The notes under the pieces: generated by a model
The model's database searches: none
What the model was told of the DNA's origin: nothing
Seen by the model: the letters and a program-made list of their open reading frames with translations, nothing else
DNA from: the human T2T-CHM13v2.0 reference genome, Homo sapiens
Assembly (NCBI RefSeq): GCF_009914755.1
Contig: NC_060926.1
Reading direction: 5' to 3' (one strand)
DNA: 64,000 nucleotides
Shown here: positions 12,421-27,127 of the stretch, in pieces
Position numbering within the stretch: position 1 is the first letter of the stretch
Layout: the number at the start of each line of letters is the position of its first letter
Made by a program: the position numbers and the translations under genes

Positions 12421-15226
12421 TCATAAAGGCTATTCAGATTTGGAATAGGACTGCACTGAGTCATTATATTGCTTTGGGGAGTACTGACATCTTAGAAATG
12501 TTGACTCTTTCAATTTATTATCATGAAATGTCTTTTTATTTATTTCAGCAATATTTTATGGTTTAAAGTGTACTATTCTTCCACTCATTGGTTAAATTGA
12601 TTCCTAAGTATTCTATCCTTTTAAATAACATTATAAATAAAATTATTTTCTTAATTTCCTTTTCAGGTTGTTTATTGCTAGTACACAGAATTAAAACTGA
12701 TTTTTGTGTGTTGATCATCTATCTTGCAACTTTGCTGAATTCTTTTACTAGCATTAATACGTTTTGGGGTGTATTTGTTAGGATTTTCTACATATAAGAT
12801 TATTTCATTTACATACAGTGTTAGTTTTACTCCTTTTCTTTCAATTTAAAGGCCTGTTATTTCTTTTTCTTACCTGATTGCTCTGTCTAGAATGTCTAGG
12901 ACAACGTGGAATAGAAGTAGCAAAAGGAGGTAAGCTTATCATGCTCCTGACCTTAAGGAAAAGGATTTAGCCTTCAACCTTCGGGAATAATGTTAGTTAA
13001 GGTTTTTTTTTTTTTTAAATATTCATCATTAGTTTTTGAGTGCTTTTATTATAATAGGGTATTGGATTTCTTGAATTTTTTTGTATAAATGAAGATTATG
13101 ATGTGGCTTTCACCATTTATTCTGGTAATATTATGTGTTACATTGATAGAGTGTCATATATTAAACCATCCTTGCATTCCTAGAATAACTCACTTGGTCA
13201 TGGTATAAAATCCCTTTAATATGGGGCTGTATTTGTTTTGCTAGGATTTTGTTGAAGATTTGACTTATATAGTCACAAGAATATTAATCTCTGGTTTTTT
13301 GTTTTCATTTTATTTGTGATGTATCTATTTGGCTTTGATATCAGGGTAATTCTGGCCACATAGAATAAGGTAGGAAGTATTCTTTACTCTTCTATTTTTT
13401 GGAAGAGTTTGAGAAGCATTGGTATTAGGTCATTTTTATTTTTTGGTAGAATTCACCAGTGCAGTTATTTGGCTGGGTTTTGTTGGTTCTGAAGTTTTGA
13501 TTACTGGTTTAATTTCTTCTTATATGTCTTTTCAGATATTCTTTATAATTTTTAGTCAATTTTTATAGTTTTTTTGTTTCAAGAAATTTGTTCATTACAT
13601 CAAGGTTATCTAATTTGTTGGCATACAATTGTTAATAATATTCTTTAAAAATACATTTTATTTCTATAGAATCTGTAGCAATAAGCACATTTTCATTTTT
13701 ATTCTAGTAATTTGAGTCTTTGTTTCTTTTTTCTTAGTCTAGTCTAGGTTAAGGTTTGTCAATATTGTTAATGTTTTAAAAAACTAATTTTTGATTTTGT
13801 TTATTTTCTCTATTGCTTTTCTATTCCCTATTTTGTCATCTTTATTATTTTGTTTCTTCTGCTAGCTTTAATGTTAGCATCTTCTTCTTTTTCTACTGCA
13901 TTAGGATGTAACTTTCATTTCTTTAAATGCAGGCATTTACAGCAATACATTTCCTTTGAGCACTGCTTTCACTGTTTCCTATGAGATTTGTATTCTCATT
14001 TTCATTTGCCTCAAAGTATTTTCTAATTCCCATTTTGATTTCTTCTTAACCTCTTGGTTATTTGAGAGTGTATTGTTTAATTTCCACACATTTATGATTT
14101 TTCAGTTGTTATTCTGTTATTGATTTCTAGTTTAATTTCATATGGGTTGTAAAGGTGGTCTGTATGATTTCAGGCCTTTTATGTTTATTGAAACTTGTTT
14201 CGTGACTTAACATATGTTCTATCCTGGAGAATGTTTCACGTTCACGTGAGAATAATGTGTAGTTTTGTTGTTGTTAAGTATAATGTTCTGTATGTTTGTT
14301 AGGTCTAATTGGTTTGTAGGGTAATTAAAATTCTCTATTTCTTACTCATCTTCTGTCTAGTTGTTCTATCTACTGTTAAAAGTAGGGTATTGAAGTCTCC
14401 AACTCTGATTGCACACTATTTTTCTTTTTTTTGTCAATATTATGTTCAGATATATTGAGATTTTGTTGTTAGCTGTGTATATATTTATAATTGTTATATT
14501 TCCTTTATTGTCTAAAGTCTTTTAACTTTTGTAATAATTTTTGACTGAAAGTCCATTTATTTCTGATACTGTAGCTCCCACTCTCTTTGGGTTACTATTT
14601 TCACGAAATTTCTTTTATTTTACTTTTAACTTAGTTGTGTCTTTGAAATTGAGATTCTTACAGACGACATATAGATAGATCATATTATTTTAGCCATACT
14701 GTCAATCTCTGACTATTAATTGGGGTTTTTAATTTCTATTTAAAGTTTAACTTATATTTAAATTAATTACTGATAAGAAAGAAATTATTTCTGATATTTT
14801 GCTATTTATGTCCTATATGTGTTATGTCTTTTTTTGTTCCTCAAGTATTGCTTTCTTTGATACTTAATGAATTTTTTTAGTGCCCTGTCATCATTGCTTT
14901 CTAATTTCTTTTCTGTACACTTTAAAAGTTATTTTCTTAGTGGCTACCTTCAGGATTACAATTAATATCTTAAACTCATACAAGCTAGTATTTGCCTTTT
15001 CAATCATAGAGAAAAAAGGAATTACAAACCAAAGATGCAAAGACACTGGCTTTAATTTACTATATAGTTACTTTTACCAGTGCTCTTGATGCCATCATAC
15101 AGTTTTGATTTAGTCTAATGTCTTTACGTTTTGTGTGAAGGACTCCCTTTAGCATTTTTTAGGGCAGATCTACTAGCAATAAACTCCAGTTTTGTTTATC
15201 TGGAAATGTCTTAATTTCTTCATTTT

Positions 15227-15270
15227 TATAAATTTTATTTTATTTTAAGTTCTAGGATACATGAGCAGAA
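15227..15270 (-). mobile_element. Ultra-short L1PA 3'-end insertion
   Basis: TTTTAAGTTCTAGGATACATGAGCAGAA is the antisense L1PA terminus. TSD AATTTCT(T/C)CATTTT at 15213-15226 and 15271-15284. Confidence 0.75.
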
Positions 15271-18083
15271 AATTTCTCCATTTTGAAAGATAGTTTTCCT
15301 ATATCTAGAATTCTTGGCTGACAGGTTTTATTTTTCTTTCAGTAGTTTAAATATATTATTCCAGTGTTTTCTTATTTTAGAGGTTCTGATGACAATTTAG
15401 CTGTTAATCTACTTGAGGATCACTTATCTGTGATGAGTCCTTTACTTTTGCTGTTTTCAAAATTCTTTTTGTCTTTGGCTTTTGAAAGTTGGATTAAAAT
15501 GTACCTTGGTGTTGATGTCTTTGGGCTTATCCTACTTGGAGTTTGATAAGTTTCTTGAATGTGTAGTTTTATGTCTTATATAAAGTTTTGGAAAGTTTTT
15601 GGCCATTATTTCTTCAGGTACTCTTTATGCCCTCTTTCTCCTCTTCTTTCCTTTTGGCACTCCCATTATGTCTATGTTGGTAAACTCAGTGGTGTCCCAC
15701 AAGTCTTAGGTTCTGTTTTTTGTGTGTTTGTTTGTTTGTTTCTCTTTTTTTACTTTTAAAAAATCTCTGCTCCTCAGACCGGCTAATATCACTTGGCTTA
15801 TCTTTCAGTTTACTGATATTTTTCTTCCATCTGTTTAAATCTGATACTGAGCACTCTAGTGAGTGTTTCATTTCAGTTATTGTACTTTTCAGTTCCAAAT
15901 ATTCTATTTTGTTCCTTTCTTTTTCTATAGTTTCTATATTTTTATTCCTGTCCCTTTATCTGTGTTTGTTCACACATTTTTCTCCTGATTTTCTTTAGAT
16001 TTTTGTCTTCCATTTTCTTTAACTATTATAGTGTATTTAAGATAGTTAATTTAAAATATTTGTATAGTACATTTAACATCTGTGCTTTTTGATGAACAAT
16101 TTTAATCCTTTTTTACTCAGTTAAAATGCCATATTTTATTACTTTTTTGCATGCTTCATAATTTTTAAAAAATTGAACATTTTGAATATTTTGACATGGT
16201 AACTCTGAAAATAAGATGGTCCCACTCGCAGTGAATTTCTGTGCTTACTGTGGGCTGTCACTATTTAGTTACTTTTCTAAACTACTTCTGTAAAGACTGT
16301 GTCTTCTTTGTCATGTGTACCCTTTGTTTCTTTAGCTTAGTGTTCAGTTAGTGTTTTGACAGATTTTACTAAACACCTGAATCCAACAACAAGAATGAGA
16401 GTAAAAAACATATGAAGCAAATTTGTCCATATTTGCAGATTGCCTCTGTGTCAGGACGCTCTTTCAAGGCTTATTAATATCTCTGCCCTACCTTTCATTT
16501 TTGCCTACATGGAGTCTAAGAGTAGCCAAAGATGAAATCTCTTGGTCTTTCCAGCATGTGTGTTTTGCCCTGGTTGTGTAGAATCTTTGAAATATGTGGG
16601 AACTCAAAACCCTTATTCCCTAAATTATTTTACTCTCCAGCTTTTCTTTCAGGCATTCAGTGTGTGCCTACTCTTTGCCCTAAATGGTTTTTATTTTATT
16701 TTGTTCTTTCATGTAGCAGAGACTTTATTATTTACATTTTATTGTTTTCAAGTAATCCCCCCTGCATAGCTGCTTCTCCACTTTGAGAAGGTTTTGAATT
16801 AGGGAAAACAAACAAACAAAAAACAACAACAACAAAAAACAAGGCCCTTATATAAATTCTTCAGGTAACTCCCAGACAGGTCAAAACAGACTAATGCAAT
16901 TTCTTGGGAACAGGAGTAACTTGGCTTCTTCTGAAACTCCCGCTGGAAATAGGTACACACACCAGGAAGGTAGGATGCCATCTCCAGGACCACCATGATA
17001 TCAGTGTGGGGTATGGAGCAAGGGTAAGTTAAAATACCTCAAAGCTCTTTTACCAGGTTAGAGTGGAGTTTCTCATTATTAAGCATTCACTTGGAGGCTG
17101 TACATTTTTTAATTTCATCCACAGTTTTGATAAGGTTGATTTTCACTTTTTTTTTTTTTTTTTGCCAGATATGTGGTGTTTCTGAGGAGGAATGGTTACC
17201 TATGATTTCCCACTTTGCCATTTTTTTCTAATGTTCTTCTGTTATTCACATTTGAAGGATAATTTTTTCTATTTGTAGAATCTTAGATTTGTTTGTTTTT
17301 TAAAAAATTGTAAATATTTTACTTCATTATATTCTTTCTTGCATGGTGTCTGAAGCAAATCCCACTGCAATTCTTCTTCTTGTTCTTCTATATATAATGC
17401 CCCTTGCCACCTTGGGCTTCCTTCAGAATTTTCTCTTGGTCTTGTTTTTCTGCAGTTTGAAAAAAGTCTTAGTATAATTTTGGTATTTATTCTGCTTGAT
17501 GTTTTTGGATCACCCTGAATCTGTGGTTCGGAGTCTTTTATTAATTTTGGAAAAGTCTCATCCATTATTACTTCAGTTTTTCTTTTCTGTTCCATTTTCT
17601 ATTTGTTTTTCTTCTGGTATTCCAATTATTTATAGATTACACCTTTCAGAATTGTCCTACAGTTCTTGAATGTTTCTTTTTCTCTCCCTCTTTCTGTTAT
17701 CCTTCCTCCTTCTCCTTTTCTTTCTTCTTTTTCTTTTCTCATTCTTATTTGCCTGTTGATTTTGTAAGTTTTAATTGACTTGTCTTCAAGCTTGCTGATT
17801 GTCTAATCTCTTGATAATATTATCAAAAACATTGTCTACTTATGCCACAGTGCTTTTGATTTCTAGTATTTCCATTTGATTCTTTCTTAAATTTTCTATC
17901 TCCCTTCTTGAATAACCTATCCGTTTTTGCACTGTGTCTCTTTTTTAAATCAGGACTTTTAACATCTTCATCATAGTTATTTTAAATTCACTACCTGAAA
18001 ATTCCAATAATTGTTTTATATCTGAGTATGGTTCTGGCACTTGTTTTGTTTCTTCAGCCTTGTTTTACTTTTGTTTTGCTTCC

Positions 18084-18637
18084 TGTACAGGAAAGGGTTA
18101 AATCAGCAAGTTATGTTGGTTCAAACCTTACATATTCCCAGAAAATGCTAGTATTCAGGATTGGCACTTGACTGGCTCCTGGGAGGTGAACTTTGAGCTC
18201 TGGGAATATTCTGCCTGATAAGAAGTGTGGGACTATGTAGTTCCAGTTTGATCAGATAGTTTATGCTAACGTGCATTTTATGGTGAACACATGTTTTTGC
18301 TGTGGAAGACTGGAGTCTGAGTAGCTGCAGTTAGGTAGAAACTGCATACCTGGATGCATGACTCCCAATAAGAACCCTGGACATCCACGTTTGAATGAGC
18401 TTTCCTAGCTGACAGAACATTGCCTGTGTTGCCACCACATCACTGCTGGGAGAATTAAGCATGTTCATATAGCTCTTGGAATTTACCCTTGTGTCTTTTT
18501 TTTTTTTTTTTGGTGGTTTTTATCTGTATTCTCACTCAGTGATAAACTATAACCGTAAGTATAGTAGCTTATCTGAGTCCTGTAGTCCTTCCAGCAAAAC
18601 ATTGAGCCTGAGGGCAGTATTTAGAACCCCCAACACA
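18084..18637 (+). mobile_element. Solo ERVL-class LTR (MER77/MER68/MER21 group)
   Basis: TGTACAGGAAAGGGTTAA start and GAACCCCCAACACA end, with 5-bp flanks CTTCC and CTTGC. Confidence 0.7.
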
Positions 18638-19341
18638 CTTGCAGTTTAGCATGTTTCATAATATCTTTAAAAGTTGGACACGTTGTATTAGGTAATAGCA
18701 ACTGTTTTATTTTTTTCAAATGCAGCTTCAGCCCATGAAAATGGATTCTTATAACAATAATAAATGAGGTGTGTATATAACTAGATTGGCCATTATCTTT
18801 TCTCTGTTTGTTAAAGAAAATATTCATGCTGCCTTGGATTATATTATTTCTCTTGAATAATGCAACGCTTTAAAGTGCTTAATTATTACCCTCTCTTATC
18901 GTACAGGTGTAATATATTATTTTCTCCTCATTTTAAATCTCTCAAATTAAGCATCACTGTGGTTGTAATTCTAATTTTATGAAGTCAATTATTATTTAGA
19001 TTTACCCAACTATTTGTCAGTTTCTTTACTGACTTTTTTATATTATTTCCTTTAAAATAAATTTTCATTTTATTAAATTGCATTATTTAGGTTGTTTTGA
19101 CTATAATTTGCGAGTAGTAAACTCTCAGAATTTGTTTAAAATTATATTCATTTTGCCCATATTGTTGAGTAATAACTCAATCTAGTGTGTGTATTACTAG
19201 ATTGGCCATTATTTCTTCTCTGTATATAGAAGAAAGTATTCATGCTCTTCTGGAGTCTGTTGTTATGCACTAAGTCTGCCATCAGTCTAATTATCATTCC
19301 ATTGCAAGTAATGTGATATCTTTTTAAATTTGACTGCTTTT

Positions 19342-19489
19342 GTTGGTGTGCTGCACCCAGTAACTCATCATTTAACATTAGGTATATCTCCAAAATGCAG
19401 CACACCAACATGGCACATGTATACATATGTGACTAACCTGCACGTTGTGCACATGTACCCTAAAACTTAAAGTATAATAATCATAAAAA
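19342..19489 (+). mobile_element. Micro L1PA4-like insertion with 5' inversion
   Basis: An inverted L1 3'UTR piece (19342-19391) is followed by a sense 3' terminus (19396-19489). 16-bp TSD AAATTTGACTGCTTTT. Confidence 0.9.
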
Positions 19490-20041
19490 AAATTTGACTG
19501 CTTTTAAGATCTCAATGGCTTTGATATTTTTCAATTTTATTATAATTTACCTATATGTTATTTTGTTTTTCTTTAGTTGACATAATTAATTACATTTATT
19601 GATTGTGAGAAAGTATGACTTTAATCAAATATGAGAAATCTAAGCTCTTCTCTTTTCAATCTCCTTTACTTTATCATTCTAGAATTTATGTATGACACAA
19701 ATTAGATCTTGTAAGTCTCTTTCAAATCTTTTAACTTCTGTTTATACCTCTAAAGTTGTTTCTACCACTGTTTTATTTTTTTTTCTTAGGGTTTTGTTCT
19801 TTTCTTATGGTTTTTATTTCTTTGTATGTGGTTAACCATTATAAATATACTGATTTTGTACTCTTCTATCACCTGAAATGTGAGAGTCTTAATCTTCTGT
19901 TTACTTTAATCTTTGCTAAAGATTGTGTATGATTTTTTTCATGCATTCATTGCTTTGGATTATTAGTTCATTTTTAACATTGCTTTATTTGTGGGTATCC
20001 TGGCCCAAGATGAATTGTATTAATGTCTTGGGTCTTGGTAC

Positions 20042-21008
20042 TATATATTCGTCTGGGTTTTCAGAGGAACAGAACTGATAGACTATACACACACACACTC
20101 TCTCTCTCTCACACACACACATATACATATATATCCTATTGGTTATATATAAACATATATATACACATATGTATATATATGTGTGTGTGTGTATATATGC
20201 ATGTAATTCATTATAAGGAGTTGGATGTTGGGTCATGTACTAGTCCATTCTTTCACTGCTGTAAAGACATACCTGAGACTGGATAGTTTATGGAGAAAAG
20301 AGGTTTAATTGACTCATAGTTCCACAGGCTATACAGGAGGCATGGCTGGGGAAGCCTCAGGAAACTTACAGTCATGGTGGAAGGTGAAGGGGAAGCAAGC
20401 ACATCTTCACATGGTGAAGTAGGAGAGAGAGAGGAAAGGGGGAAGTGCTACACATTTTTAAACAACCAGATCTTATGAGAACTCACTCACTATCATGAGA
20501 ACAGCAAGGGGGAAATCTGCCCCTGTGATCCAATCATTTCCCACCAGATCCTTCCCCACCATTGGGAATTACAATTCAACATGCGATTTGGGTGTGGACA
20601 CAGACCCAAACCATATCAGGTCACACAGAGGCTGGCAAGTCCAAAATCTGCAAAGTTGATGTCCCAGTTTGAGTCCAAAGGCTGGAAGCTGCTGTAGAAC
20701 TGGGAAATGCTCATGACCCAGTTTGAAGGCTATAAGGTAGGAAGAACCAATGTACCAGTTCGAAGGTGATCAGGCAGGAGAATTCTGTCTTACTTAGAAG
20801 AAGGTCAGCCTTTTGTTCTATTCAGGTCTTTAAGCTGATTGAATAAGGCTCACCCACACTACGAAGGGCAATCTTCTTTACTCAGTCTTCTGATATAAAT
20901 GTTAATCTCACCCAAAATTACCCTCACAGAAACACATAGAGTAATGTTCAACCAAATATCTGGGCACCCTGCGCCCAGTCAAGTTGACACATAAAATTAA
21001 CCATCACA
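20042..21008 (-). mobile_element. MLT2 (ERVL) LTR containing a dinucleotide microsatellite, interrupted by MSTA
   Basis: Ends CAAGTTGACACATAAAATTAACCATCACA. (CA)/(CT)/(TA)/(TG) runs at ~20085-20200. Confidence 0.8.
20236..20618 (-). mobile_element. MSTA MaLR LTR
   Basis: TGTACTAGTCC...AAACCATATCA with 5-bp TSD GGTCA at 20231-20235 and 20619-20623. Confidence 0.88.
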
Positions 21009-24000
21009 GAACATGACAGTAGTAAATCCAAATGTAATTCCAAGAGTGAATCAGCTTATATTATGTATTCTAGGGGGCATTTATTTTATTATCTACCCTG
21101 AGCCCAGGTGAAATGAGCTAAGTTTGTGGGCTTTGTTTTGTTTTTGTAATCTCCTTATGCTGTGAGCTAATAATTGTAAATTTGACAATTTACTAAAGAT
21201 ATAGATATATTTAGATAATGGTCTTAGTTTCAATTCCCTATTTAATGCTGGTCCAATATGAAGTCTACTGTCTCCAAGAAGTACTAAATCTCAGTTCTTG
21301 GGTTGCGAAGACTGGTGATCTCACTAGTCTATCCCTTCTCTAGGGCATTTGCTGCATTAGCTCTTGTGTTTATTGGTCTGTTTCATTATCTTTCTCCTAG
21401 ACTCTGAGGATTTCGCTATCACTCACATTCTTTTGTGCAAACTAAATTCTGCACTTAATGTGACATTAATTAAATCGTTCTCTAGCATTTCTAGATGTAT
21501 GTAGAATTAAATTTTCAGGATATATATTGTTCTATTATGCTAATACCCAAAGCCAAATCAATTATTGTTATAATTTTGGGAATAATTTTGGGCATTAGTC
21601 TCTACACAAATATATCATTATGTTCTGAAGCTAATGGAGTAGAACCAGTAGTTTCTGCAAATACCTGAACCAAATCATAATCCCATTCAGTTTATTTCCT
21701 TTCTTTAGTGTAACATTTCTGAATTCTGTCCTTCCAAACTTGAATTTTTAGCACACTTTAATTCTTTAATTGTAAAACTGCATATGGATAATTGGGCAAA
21801 CATATTTTTTCCTTTGTTTATCCTTCAATATATAATTATGATTAAAGAGTAGATAAATATTTTTACTTAATCTTATTCAAAGAGAATGTATGCTTAATGT
21901 TTTTATACTAGGAAACAAAATCACAACCTTTAATAAAACCTCTTGATACATGCATGATGTACAGTAGTCTGTATTTTAAAAGCCAACTGTGGAAGTAGGC
22001 TTTTATTCCCAAGGATAATATATTATTCCCTGGACAGAGAAAGATGAAATACTCCTTGCTTCAATTCCTGCTGAGTCCCTTGTATGGAGACTTTTAATTA
22101 GATTCTGGGGCTGATTTGATCTTCCACAGAGAGAAAAGATTGCTGAATGCAGATATTCATTGCAGAGATAAAGTTCACAGCAGCTGGGAGATCCAACTGG
22201 GAAATTGTGGAAAGATGGATTCCAACATGCTATTTTCAGGAAAGGTAATTATCCCAGACCTAACAGGAATAGCCCAGAGTTACCTGGGATGCTCAGAAAA
22301 TTAAAAATAGGGCTACTTAAAAAAACTTACTGTATAAACTACTTCATAGTAGATTTTTATTTTCATAAAATTATAAGGTAATACAGAGTTCCTGTGTATC
22401 CTAGACCCAGTTTCCCCTGTTTTCAGTATTTACATTTGTTTGCAAAACTTTTATAATGAATGAATAACTACTGACATATCAGCATTGCTAAAGTCCAGGT
22501 TTATTCAAAATTCTTTGTTTTTACTTTACGATCACAGGATCCCCTGCAAGATGACACATTACATGTAGTCACCAAGTCACCCTTGCTCCTCCTGGATTTT
22601 AGGTTCTCAGAGTTTCCTTGTTTTTGATGTCAGTGAGGACTTTTAGAGTACAGGTTATAGACTGATCAACCTGCATTTGTCTGATGTTTTTCTTATAAAT
22701 AAGTTGGAATTATGAATCTTTAGGAGGAAGCCCACAGACATAAAGTTCTATTTTTTATCACATCATATCAAGGTTAGATACTATCAGTGTGACTTATCAC
22801 TGTTGAAGTTAATCTTGATTACCCGGCTAAGGAAAGGTTGTGATGTTATTCTTTTTTTCCCTTTTCAATATCATACTGTTTGGAAGGAAGTCACTATGCA
22901 CAGTCTGCATATGAGGAGTGGGAAGCTATTCCGCACTACCTGAAGGCATAGTACTTTCATAAATTCTTTGGAATTCTGCTTGGGAGATTTGTCCATGTTC
23001 CTCTTTATATTAACTAATTTTTAAATTATTTATGTCAGTATGAACTCATGGACATTTATGCTATGGTTTCAGTTATACTCCAATACTACCTTGTTTATTT
23101 TTTTGTCAACTCGTTTTAGCTTTGGCCATTGGAAGCTCTTTCTGTTGGCTTCTATGTCCCTTTGACATACTCCTATCTTTGTGTTTTGTTAGAGCACTTC
23201 CTTACTTTCTGAAAAGTCCAGACTCAAATGTATATTTCCTGCCCTAGTCCTAGAATCAGTCATTTTTCCAAGGATTCATGTTTCTTTTTCAATTGAAGAA
23301 TGGTATTAGAAACCAAAATCTGAGCACCCAGTGTGCTCGTTGTTACTGGTGTGTCTTGCTTCTAGGTTCTCTCAGCTGATAGAGCAAGGCAGTATATGCA
23401 TGTGTGTCCAGCTCATATATATGCATATATCAATAAATATCTTTTTTATCATCTGTGTCTATATAAAAATGAACATTTGTGCACACTGATGTCTCCAGCT
23501 CTACTCTGATTCATTACCACAGGATTACTCTAGACTTCTCCATCTGCTTATCTGTAATCTCCCATTCCAACAGTGAGAAACATGGCTCCCACCATCTGCA
23601 TTACATTTATTTAATTTTTCAATTGTATTATACATGTATATTGGTTGCAGAATTGCTTAACCCATGCCGCATATGAAACTACATTATCAATTATATTGCT
23701 CTTATATAGTTCCATTTGTCTTTAAAGATTCCACATATTTCCAAAGTTACCTAGATTAGTTACTTTTCTCACATTTCCTTTAGTAACAGACATTTATTTC
23801 TATTACTGTAATAGAACTATGTCGTTGCCTTCTGCATTCCTTTCTGGAATATGCCAACCACCTGATATTAAAACATTTGCATACACAAATGTCCACACTT
23901 TCAGCTGCAAAATGATATGGTGTTTAAAAACTGTTTAGTATTGTGTATCTATCATTAGAGTGTTATACAAAATAGTTTTACTACCCTAATAAAAATTTCC

Positions 24001-24397
24001 TGTTAATCTCCTATTGAATACTGTTCCCCCTAAAACTGTGACAATGACAGATCAGTTTAACATCTCTGTAGTTTTGAGTTTTCAATCATGCCAAATAAAT
24101 AGAATCATGTAGTATGCAGCCTTTTCAAACTGACTTCTGTCATGTAGAAATATGAATTTAGATTTATCCATGTTTCTTCATGACTTGATAGCTCATTCCT
24201 TTTATTGATGAATACTATTATATTTTATGAGCATACCACCATTTGTTTATCTTCTCTCCTACTGAATATTGGCTGTTTCCAGTTTTTGGAGATTATGAAT
24301 ATAGCTGCTATAAATATTCACCTGCAGGTTGTTCTGTGGACTTAGTTTTCAAATCAATTGGGTAAATATGTAGGTGCACAATTACTGGATTGTATAC

Positions 24398-25055
24398 TGT
24401 GGTAGGCTGAACAATGGCCCACAGAGATATTTGGGTCCTAATCCCTGGAATTTGTAAACGTTACCTTACATGAAAAAATGGACTTTTCAGATGTGAAAAA
24501 GTTATGAATCTTGAAATGGAGAGATTATCTTGAATTACTTGGGTGGTCTTTAAATGTAATTACAGGTGTCCTTATAAAGGGAAGACAGAGGCAGAATTGA
24601 CTGTAGTGTAGATGATGTGACCAAAACATTGAGAGGTTTGAACATGCACACTGCTGGCTTTGAAGATGAAGGAAAGAGTCAAGATGAAGAAAGGGAGAGT
24701 CAAGAGCCAAGGAATACAGGCATGTTGCTAGAGAAACTTGAAAAGACAAGGAAATTGATTTCCCCTAGATTACAGAGGGAGTGCAGCCCTGCCAACACGT
24801 TGACCTTAGCCCACTGAAATATACTTTGTACTTCTGTTAATCTCCTATTGAATACTGTTCCCCCTGAAACTGTGACAATGACAGATCAGTTTAACATCTC
24901 TGTGGTTTTGAGTTTTCCATCATGCCAAATAAATAGAATCAGGTAGTATGCAGCCTTTTCAAACTGACTTCTTTCAGAATTGTAAAATAATAAATTTATG
25001 TTTTTAAGCCATTAAGTTTATAATAATTTGTTTTAAAAGCCACAGTAAACTAATA
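24398..25055 (+). mobile_element. MLT1D-like MaLR LTR carrying a 139-bp foreign insert
   Basis: TGTGGTAGGCTGAACAATGGCCC...GAGGGAGTGCAGCCCTGCCAACAC...TAAGCCATTAAGTTT...AAACTAATA. Confidence 0.82.
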
Positions 25056-25271
25056 ATGAAACAATGTTTAGTATTGTTAGAATCTGTCAGTTTCACAGTT
25101 TTGCATTTTACAATTAGTTTTATGATGTATTTTAAGTTAATTTCATATAATATTTGTATCTAGAATCATTTATTTTCCAGTGTAGTTACTATTTTGCATT
25201 CCAACCAGCAACGAATGACAGTTTCTGTTATTCCTCATCATAGCCAGCAATTGGTACTGTCAGTGCTTTAA

Positions 25272-25572
<301 letters not shown>

Positions 25573-26102
25573 TTAGACATTCTATTAAGTATGTAGTGGT
25601 AATTCTTTGTTTTAGCCTGCATTTTCTTAATGACAAGTGATATCGAGAATCTTTTTCACATGCTTTTTTCAAATTTGTATGTCTTCTTTACTAATGTGTA
25701 TGTTCAGATCTTCAGCAAATTTATAAATTAGGTCATTTGTTTTCTCATTTTTGACTTCTAAGAGTTTATGGTATACGTTGGTTATAAATTTTTTATTACA
25801 TATGGGTTTTGCAAATATTTTCTCCCAGTCTGTGGTTTGTATGTTTCTTTTTATATCTGTATATTTTACAGAACAAGATTTTTAAATTTTAATAAATTTC
25901 AACATCAATTTGTTCTTACACAGATTGTGCTTTTAAATGTTATATCTAAAGAGTTATTATCAAACCAAAGTCACCTAAATTTTTCTTCTATTTTTTCTAT
26001 GAGTTTCATAGTTTTGCATTTTGTAATTAGTTTTATGATGCGTTTTGAGTTAATTTCATGTAAGTTATAAGATTTCTATTTAGAATCATTTATTTTGTGT
26101 AT

Positions 26103-26562
26103 TGTGGTGGGAGTTCTGAAATTAGGATTCAATATTATGTACTGCCTTCATGCCTGGCAAAATTGTGAGGGTTTGAATGGCGTAACTGCAAGTCCTCTCC
26201 TCCACTCTGCTCATATTGATATTGTTCCCTAGCTGGAAAAAAAGTTCCTCTTTCTCACAGGGACCAGGCAGAGTTCCTGCTTATCCCTGAGTAGTGGGCT
26301 TCAGTTCCTTGCTTGCCGGCGGAATTATTCAAGCAACCAATCACATTCTCCAGAGAGAACCAGTGGCCATCCCACACTCTTGTTGTACAAGGCCTTCCTC
26401 CCACAGTCTCTGCTTGCTAACTCTGTTTTGAAGTTCAGCCCCTTATGGTCTTGTGAGACTTAGTGTCCTTTGCTGTCAGCTGTCAGTATATGTGACTAAT
26501 ACACTTCTGTTAATCTCACTTGTCTAGTGTCAGGTGTCTTGGGTATGGCAATCCAAATTCAT
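26103..26562 (+). mobile_element. MER74-like ERVL LTR
   Basis: GGGACCAGGCAGAGTTCCTGCTTATCCCTGAGTAGTGGG...GGAATTATTCAAGCAACCAATCAC. It interrupts the L1. Confidence 0.65.
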
Positions 26563-27127
26563 ATGACATCATTTTGTTACAGTACTGCTTGTTCAAAAGA
26601 CTGCCTTTCCCCATTGGACTGTCGTCATGCCTTACTAAAAAAATCAGTTGACTATATTGTTGTGGATCTATTTATGAGTTTTCTAATCTGATCCATTGGA
26701 TTGTTTATCTTTTTTTTTTCCAATACCATACTGTCTTGATTTCTGTACCTTTATGGTAAATCTTGAAATTATGTAGTGTGAGTTCCCCAATTATGGTCAT
26801 CTTCAGAGAGGTCCTTTGTCTTTCTGTGTAAATTTTAGACTCAGTTTGTCAAGATCTACAAAGTCGTTTGCCGAGATTTTCATTTATATTGCATTGAATT
26901 TGTAAGTCAGGTTGAGAAGCAATAACTTCTTAACAATATTGTGCCTTCAAATTCATGAACATGGAGAATCATTTATTTAGATCTTTGACTTCTTTCTCAA
27001 GATTCTGTAGCTTTCTGTGTACAGGTCCTTCTGTACATATTTTGTTAGATTTATGGCTAAGTACTGCATTTTTTAAAGTGCTAATATGTTTTTTTTAATT
27101 TCAAATTCCAATTGTTTATTTGTGGTA

